Below are positions 58,325 to 64,000 of a stretch of DNA of 64,000 nucleotides, piece by piece. The notes beneath the pieces were generated by a model that saw only the letters and a program-made list of their open reading frames with translations, was not told the origin of the DNA and made no database searches. Made by a program: the position numbers and the translations under genes. Numbering within the stretch: position 1 is the first letter of the stretch; the number at the start of each line of letters is the position of its first letter. The stretch comes from Acidobacteriota bacterium (GTDB lineage Bacteria; Acidobacteriota; UBA6911; RPQK01; JAJDTT01): NCBI GenBank assembly GCA_965218775.1, contig CBDCLS010000006.1:962071-1026070 (forward strand), in the 5' to 3' direction.

Positions 58325-59743
58325 TTAGCTGGGACGGAATTCGTTTTCCAGATCCTGGCGAAGGCGGGTTGCGGAGCTGTCCGCGGGTAGTCTTACATCG
58401 GCATAGGTCAGGAGCTGGTCCTTGGTAACTGGGTGGACTACGGTCGCTTCGGAGGCCAGTCCTATGGGAAGGAGTCTGGCTGATAGACTCTCAGGGGCGG
58501 GCACCAGCTTGCCGAAGACGCTGTAGCCGCCCTCGCCATCCAATATCTCACCGGACTTCAGATCGCGTTTGGCGCAGGCTGCCACGTCTGCCAGAAAGGT
58601 CATGGGAGACCCGGTGGGTTCCTGGCGCAGGCCAGCCATAGCCACGCTGATTCCCAGTTCCAGGCCGATCAGGTGATGGGAGCGATAGAGAGAGGAATAT
58701 TGGCCAGTTTGGTCCTGGAGCAGGCCGTACTGTCCGAAGCAGGCCTGTACATAGTCGCTAGGAGCCTTGAAGGTGACGTAGACTCCCCATCTCAGATCCT
58801 GTCCCAGAGAGGATCCGTCGCGATTGGTAGAAGCTACTACCTCAACGGTGCCACTGTGAGTCAGGATGCCGCCGTCGGATTCGGGTTTGAGGACATCGGC
58901 CAGACGATCCACCGACACGGGTGGGAAGCGCAGTCCGCCCCTTTGGGGTTTCAGTCCAGTCCCGTTGGCGACAGCGGCCATCTCGATCGCCGACTTGGTT
59001 CCATCCAGGAAGGAATTGTACATCTTGGCGTTGAAGCCCCCGGCTCTCACCTGCTCCGGTGTGAAGCCGTAGTCTTGGAAGACGGTATCCGGAGTCGAAT
59101 AGGGGTATCGCTCCAGGTACTTAGTACCCTTGCCTGCGGCAGCCACTTCGAATCCACAGGTGCGGGCCCAGTCAACCAGCTCGCAGATCAGGGCCGGCTG
59201 ATCTCCGTACGCCATGCTGTATACCACACCCGCCTGTTGGGCTCGCTTGCTCAGGATCGGTCCAACCAAGACATCCGCCTCAACTGTTACGAGCACCAGA
59301 TGTCGCCCTGAATCGAACGCGCACAGTGCATGTTGTGTGGCCGCTCCCGGACTTCCCGTAGATTCGACGACCACATCGACTTCGGCCCGAATGAGCTCCT
59401 CGGCCGACTCGGTAAGGGCGACCCTGCCGCTCGAGGCAAGGTCGTTGATCTCCTGGCTGGTCCCGGCCGGGTGCATCTGTTCTGAGGGCCAGCCTACCCG
59501 AAGCAGAGCGTTGCGGGAGTGTTCGATTCGCAGGTCCGCCACCCCCACCAGCTGGATGCCCTCGGTGAAACGAGCTTGTGCCAGGTACATCGAGCCAAAC
59601 TTTCCCGCTCCGATCAATGCTACGCGTAGCGGCTTCCCAGACTCCGCACGCTGCTTCAGCTCCGCACTCAGATTCACGGTGTCCTCCTTGGCGAATCGGC
59701 TAAAGGTACAGTCGTCTAGAGAGCGAAGAGGGCATTTTACCAC
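58325..59743 (-). CDS. NAD(P)-binding dehydrogenase with C-terminal SAF domain (COG4091-like, homoserine-dehydrogenase-like)
   Basis: Rossmann motif LRVALIGAGKFG. 472 aa. The overall architecture matches the predicted-dehydrogenase/SAF family. Confidence 0.5.
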   Translation of the reverse strand: MVKCPLRSLDDCTFSRFAKEDTVNLSAELKQRAESGKPLRVALIGAGKFGSMYLAQARFTEGIQLVGVADLRIEHSRNALLRVGWPSEQMHPAGTSQEINDLASSGRVALTESAEELIRAEVDVVVESTGSPGAATQHALCAFDSGRHLVLVTVEADVLVGPILSKRAQQAGVVYSMAYGDQPALICELVDWARTCGFEVAAAGKGTKYLERYPYSTPDTVFQDYGFTPEQVRAGGFNAKMYNSFLDGTKSAIEMAAVANGTGLKPQRGGLRFPPVSVDRLADVLKPESDGGILTHSGTVEVVASTNRDGSSLGQDLRWGVYVTFKAPSDYVQACFGQYGLLQDQTGQYSSLYRSHHLIGLELGISVAMAGLRQEPTGSPMTFLADVAACAKRDLKSGEILDGEGGYSVFGKLVPAPESLSARLLPIGLASEATVVHPVTKDQLLTYADVRLPADSSATRLRQDLENEFRPS

Positions 59744-59819
59744 GAGGATAGAGCTCGACCCGTCGATCCTCTACCTTTTGGAGACTGATTCGAATATTCT
59801 TTTGGCCGGAGGCGAAAAC

Positions 59820-60833
59820 GTGAGTGAAAAGCCAATCATTCGATGGGGAATTATCGGTGCTGGAGATATCGCTGAACGGGTAACAGCTCCTGCGATGGCG
59901 GCGGCGGCTCACAGTGAGTTGGTTGCCGTGATGCGCCGCAATCGAACGGCGGCGGAAGAATTCGCGGGACGCCATGGGGCATCTCGTGCCTACGATCGTG
60001 TCGAGGGACTGCTCGGAGACCCCCAAATAGACGCCGTGTATGTGGCCACGCCGGTTGAGCGTCACTGCCCAGATGTGTTGGCAGCCGCAGCCAGTGGAAA
60101 GCACATACTGTGTGAAAAGCCACTGGCGCTCAGCATCCTCGAGGGTGAAAGGATGCGTGAAGCCTGCAAGCAGGCAGATCTGTTGTTCATGACCTGCTAC
60201 TATCAGCGCTTCAACGCGCGCCATCGCCGAATCAAGGAGATCCTGGCGACGGGCGAGATTGGGCAAGTAACCTCGGTGCGGATGAACTTCTCGGGCCGCT
60301 CCCCCCAGCGCCCGGGGGCCTGGCGTCAGGACCCCGCCCAATCGGGTGGCGGGGTCTACATCGATAATGGCAGCCACTGCATCGACCTGCTGCGGTTCTT
60401 CTTCGGCGAGATCACAGCGGTCGCAGCATTTGTGGCGACCCTGGTGGAAAGCTACTCTGTGGAGGATACTGTGTCCTCGGTATTGAGACTCTCCAATGGT
60501 GCTCAGGCGGTCGTCACCTGTCACTGGAGTACAGGGGACCCGGACGAGCACCGCAATGCGATCATGGAGATTCTGGGTACGGACGGAGCTATTCTGTCTT
60601 CACCACAGCATGAGAAGTTTTCTCGCGGACGCCTGGTCGTCGCCACGGCTTCGGGTGAGCGGACCTACAGTTTTGAGGAAAGTACCCACGTAAACTTGCT
60701 CGAGGAGTTCGCTGCTGCTGTGGCCGAAGGCCGACCTCCGGCCGTTGGCATAGAGGACGGAATTGCGGCGCAGCGGGTGGTAGAGGCGGTGTACGAGAGC
60801 TCCCGCAGCGGGCGGGTCGTATCGCTTCAGTAG
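59820..60833 (+). CDS. Gfo/Idh/MocA-family oxidoreductase
   Basis: GTG start after a GGAGG RBS. IRWGIIGAGDIA Rossmann motif. EKP motif (LCEKPLAL). Confidence 0.8.
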   Translation: MSEKPIIRWGIIGAGDIAERVTAPAMAAAAHSELVAVMRRNRTAAEEFAGRHGASRAYDRVEGLLGDPQIDAVYVATPVERHCPDVLAAAASGKHILCEKPLALSILEGERMREACKQADLLFMTCYYQRFNARHRRIKEILATGEIGQVTSVRMNFSGRSPQRPGAWRQDPAQSGGGVYIDNGSHCIDLLRFFFGEITAVAAFVATLVESYSVEDTVSSVLRLSNGAQAVVTCHWSTGDPDEHRNAIMEILGTDGAILSSPQHEKFSRGRLVVATASGERTYSFEESTHVNLLEEFAAAVAEGRPPAVGIEDGIAAQRVVEAVYESSRSGRVVSLQ

Positions 60834-60914
60834 AGGTCAGGTTGGAGATCTTATTCCTGCGAACTTGCGTGGGGACGCTTGAGAACCCAATACACGATGT
60901 GAGGTGAAACGGAT

Positions 60915-62957
60915 ATGTTACTGACTGCGGATTGGCTTGCTGAATTCCAATCACGTGTGGGTAGTGCTGCCTTCGCCCAGGCGCGGAGGTCGTTGGCAGA
61001 AGAGGCTGATGGTTACCGCGCCTTTCTTCCCGACCTCCCGGAGAGGCAGGCGGGCTACTATCACGAATTCTTCTGTCCTGATCACGCCGTCGAACTGATC
61101 TTTGATCCGCGCAAGCCCTCACACCACGTTTGTCCGCAGGACGGCACTGTTTTCTCAGGAGAGCCCTTCGATAGCGCCTGGCGTTGGTCGGTCAATGATA
61201 GGCTGAGTGATGCTGCCTTGAGATTGGCAGTCCACTCAATTCTCCCTGCCGGGGATGAGGCAGGGGCGCCTGGGAAGGCCTCCAGCGACCGCAGCGTCGT
61301 TCGGTACATCCTGGAAGGCTATGCAGACCGCTATCGGACAATGCCTCCCGCACCCGAGGAGCATGGCAACCATCCGGGAGTAGTGACCTGGTCAGGACTC
61401 GATGAGTCGGTCTGGATTATTCGTTTGGCCTGGGCTCATGCGATCGTCGAAGATTCGCTTTCAGCCGACCTCAATTGGCATATTCGGGAGAACTTGTTGC
61501 GGCCGGCCTCGGACCACCTTTTCCGTGTCCTCTACCCGGGAATTCACAACGCGACGAACTGGAACAATGCCGCCATCATCACGCTGTCGTTGGCGCTGGA
61601 GGATACGGAGCGACTCCAGCAGGTGTTGGAAGGTCCCGACGGTCTCCATGCCCAACTGAGAGAAGGTGTGGGATCGGACGGATTCTGGTGGGAGGGATCG
61701 CTCAGCTACCACTACTACACCCTTGCCGCCTTGGTCTGGACGGTGCGCGCCCTGCGCTCGAGTGGCCACGGTTTCGAAGACAACGGAACCCTGCTCAACA
61801 TGCTGCGGGCCCCAATTTTTCAGGCTTTCCCGGATCTGACTCTACCCGCGATCAACGATTGCTGGAGCTTCATAAGACTGACCGGGCGGGTCGGACACGG
61901 CATCCCTTCATCTGCCGAGTTCTACGAAACCGCCTGGGCCTGGTACGGTGAACCGGAATTTGCTTGGGTTCTGAACCAGAACGGCCCTCTGCAGACACGC
62001 TCTGGGCTGGAGGTGCTGCTTGATGGCGTCGAGGAGATACCAGAAGCGGCCGAGCCTGTTTTTGAAGGGTCACATATGGTGGACTCGGGAGTGGTGATTT
62101 TCCGCGGCAGTGGACCACGAAAGCATCAGAGCTATCTCCTCCTGAAGGCCGGGCCGGACGGAGGTGTTCATGGCCATCCCGATCAATTGGGCATTCAGCT
62201 TTTCGTCCAGGGGGAACGTCTCACCTCCGATTTGGGGACCCCCGGGTATGGCATCGACCTCAACGAGTCCTGGTATCGTCAGACCGCGAGCCACAGCACC
62301 GTCACCCTTGATGGCCGCTCCCAGCCTCCGGCGGTGGGTCAGGTCCGCACTTTTCGAACGGGTCCTGGGTTTGGAGTCGTTGATGGGGTAGTGGCCTGGG
62401 ACGAAGGCGACTATGCTGGAGTCCGTTTGCGCCGCATCCTCTTGTGGCGAGAGCCCTACTTTGTCGATGTCTTCGACGTCGAGTGTGGCGACTCGCGCTG
62501 CGCTGACTGGATCTATCACAATCGCGGCAATCTGGTGGAGCAGCCTGCAGGCCAGCGCCGACTAGACGCCCTGAATGGTGAGGGCGGATTTGCTCACTTC
62601 AACGAGGTCGTTCGTCTAGGGCAGAATGGAGACAATCGCCTGGTGTGGGAAAGGGGAAAGGCCCGACTCGAGTTCTACTGGCCGCAGCACCAAGATGTCG
62701 AGGTGATGGTGGGTACGGCGCCATCGAATCCCGCTTCAGAGACACTGTCGGTCCTGATTCGTCGCCTCACGTCCTCGAGGTCAAGATTTCTGGGACTGTT
62801 TGTTCCGGGGCAGGCTCGAGGTGCATCGTCGATCCTCGGTTCGCCTCGCTGGGAGATGGACGGAGAAACCTGCAGACTGACAGTGGAGACCTCGCAAGGG
62901 ACCGATCTCTGGCTGATTGGTGCCGACCCCGCGGCCGCGCAGCTCTTGACTCCCTAG
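60915..62957 (+). CDS. Heparinase II/III-family protein (polysaccharide lyase-like)
   Basis: 680-aa ORF with an alpha/alpha toroid N-region and a Hepar_II_III-like C-region (VHGHPDQLGIQLF). Confidence 0.65.
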   Translation: MLLTADWLAEFQSRVGSAAFAQARRSLAEEADGYRAFLPDLPERQAGYYHEFFCPDHAVELIFDPRKPSHHVCPQDGTVFSGEPFDSAWRWSVNDRLSDAALRLAVHSILPAGDEAGAPGKASSDRSVVRYILEGYADRYRTMPPAPEEHGNHPGVVTWSGLDESVWIIRLAWAHAIVEDSLSADLNWHIRENLLRPASDHLFRVLYPGIHNATNWNNAAIITLSLALEDTERLQQVLEGPDGLHAQLREGVGSDGFWWEGSLSYHYYTLAALVWTVRALRSSGHGFEDNGTLLNMLRAPIFQAFPDLTLPAINDCWSFIRLTGRVGHGIPSSAEFYETAWAWYGEPEFAWVLNQNGPLQTRSGLEVLLDGVEEIPEAAEPVFEGSHMVDSGVVIFRGSGPRKHQSYLLLKAGPDGGVHGHPDQLGIQLFVQGERLTSDLGTPGYGIDLNESWYRQTASHSTVTLDGRSQPPAVGQVRTFRTGPGFGVVDGVVAWDEGDYAGVRLRRILLWREPYFVDVFDVECGDSRCADWIYHNRGNLVEQPAGQRRLDALNGEGGFAHFNEVVRLGQNGDNRLVWERGKARLEFYWPQHQDVEVMVGTAPSNPASETLSVLIRRLTSSRSRFLGLFVPGQARGASSILGSPRWEMDGETCRLTVETSQGTDLWLIGADPAAAQLLTP

Positions 62958-63003
62958 CCGGCTAGGAATAGAGACTGGCCTTAGTACACTGGTTAATGTG
63001 TGC

Positions 63004-63816
63004 TTAGTGCTCGATGACGACACCACCGTCGATGTTGATCGACTGGCCGTGGATCCAGGATCCCGCTTTCGTGCATAGGAACGTGATGAAGTTCCCGACT
63101 TCTTCGGGTGTCCCTGTCCTTCCGATCGGTGAGTTTGCCCCGATTTGTTCCCATCTTTCACCCCGGCCGAACATATCCATACGTGCCGTATCGACGGCGG
63201 CGGGACAAATGCAGTTGACGTTGATTCCATGCGGACCCAGTTCCATTGCCAATGATTGTGTCATTCCCACCTGTGCGAAGTTGGCGGCGTTATAGGCAAG
63301 AGCATTGGCTGCCCCTCGCTTGCCCGCGGAGGAGGCTATGTTGACGATCTTTCCACCCTCTTTCTGTGCGACCAGAGTTCTCGCCACCACCTTGCTGCAG
63401 AGGTAGGTGCCTCGAACCTTGACGTCCACCACCCGCTGGAAAACTTCGGCTTCGAGTTCGGTGGTTGGGACCCTGTCCTTTCCGATCGGCATGGCAGCGT
63501 TATTGACCAGGATGTCGACCCTGCCGAACTCCTCCAGTGTTCGGCTCATCATCTGTTCAACCTGCTGCTCGTCGGTCACATCGGCAACCAGAGCCAGGGC
63601 TCCGGGACCGAGTCGACGAACATGTTCCGCAGTGCTTTGGACGTCCTTCCAACCCACTGCCTTCTCGTCGGCTGGAAAGGTGTCCGGATCGCGACCGGTT
63701 CCGGTCACCACAACGCTCGCACCCAGACCTGCCAAGGACATGGCGGTGGAGTATCCAATGCTGCGGAGTCGCCCTCCCCCTGTGACAATTGCTACTTTTC
63801 CCTCAAGTTCGCTCAT
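63004..63816 (-). CDS. SDR-family short-chain dehydrogenase/reductase
   Basis: TGGGRLRSIG glycine-rich motif, NNAA, and the catalytic YxxxK region. Confidence 0.85.
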   Translation of the reverse strand: MSELEGKVAIVTGGGRLRSIGYSTAMSLAGLGASVVVTGTGRDPDTFPADEKAVGWKDVQSTAEHVRRLGPGALALVADVTDEQQVEQMMSRTLEEFGRVDILVNNAAMPIGKDRVPTTELEAEVFQRVVDVKVRGTYLCSKVVARTLVAQKEGGKIVNIASSAGKRGAANALAYNAANFAQVGMTQSLAMELGPHGINVNCICPAAVDTARMDMFGRGERWEQIGANSPIGRTGTPEEVGNFITFLCTKAGSWIHGQSINIDGGVVIEH

Positions 63817-64000
63817 GTTGGTTCCTTATGATGAGAGTGAATTTACTACGCTCTAAGCTGAAACTTAACCAGGTGGTTGGCCAGTTCTTTGCCTCTCCCA
63901 AGGTCATAGAGTTTCCCCCTGAATGATCCCGTCGGCTGGTGGCCGTTGGACTGGTTAGTTAGTTGAATCGTTCGTAGTTGACCGCCATCAAGAAAAGAGT

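Overview
This is a 64 kb window from a GC-rich (about 60% GC) bacterial chromosome. The sections below go from the conserved backbone, through the two accessory regions, to the repeat families.

**Housekeeping backbone.** On the minus strand sit rho and the tig-clpP-clpX-lon proteostasis cluster (0.3-7.9 kb). Further on are pyruvate carboxylase (13.9-17.4 kb), hemE, sucC-sucD-ndk, der, tRNA-Val and a comM/yifB-like ATPase.

**Carbohydrate and periplasmic redox content.** Several blocks suggest a soil polysaccharide degrader:
- Two BNR/Asp-box sialidase-like paralogs, one next to a DapA/N-acetylneuraminate-lyase-family aldolase and an amidohydrolase-2.
- Four Gfo/Idh/MocA oxidoreductases, two of them with twin-arginine (Tat) signals, next to ApbE and DoxX.
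- A heparinase II/III-like protein, a short-chain dehydrogenase/reductase (SDR) and an SAF-domain dehydrogenase.
- A sugar-phosphate isomerase with a Tat signal.
A lone flagellin gene also sits in this part of the window.

**Defence island at tRNA-Lys (17.4-28.8 kb).** This is the main accessory region. It abuts the 3' end of tRNA-Lys(CUU) at 28.8 kb; the inner boundary near 17.4 kb is not resolved. The minus-strand operon is hsdM-abiEi-abiEii-hsdS-hsdR, a type I restriction-modification system with an AbiEi/AbiEii abortive-infection/toxin-antitoxin pair nested inside it. HsdR carries a C-terminal Schlafen/AlbA_2-like domain and HsdM has a roughly 200-aa C-terminal extension. An AbiEi operator-like palindrome lies upstream of abiEi. 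Transposase-like pseudogene debris, a glycine-zipper peptide and a DUF1566 protein lie at the distal edge.

**Second accessory patch (29-33 kb).** It carries a VanZ protein, a secreted protein, a low-GC cassette of two small genes, an IS1-family transposase and a duplicated transposase 3' end. The patch is bracketed by an 18-nt inverted match.

**Repeat families.** The window is rich in short non-coding repeats:
- A palindromic MITE-like family with CTAG termini, which twice donates the stop codon of the upstream gene.
- A roughly 76-nt dispersed intergenic repeat, in four copies.
- A roughly 150-nt structured repeat, including one copy in the sucC-sucD spacer.
- Further imperfect palindromic elements, a GGGTT palindrome cluster, and small hexamer/heptamer tandem repeats.

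No CRISPR array, rRNA, integrase or reverse transcriptase was seen.
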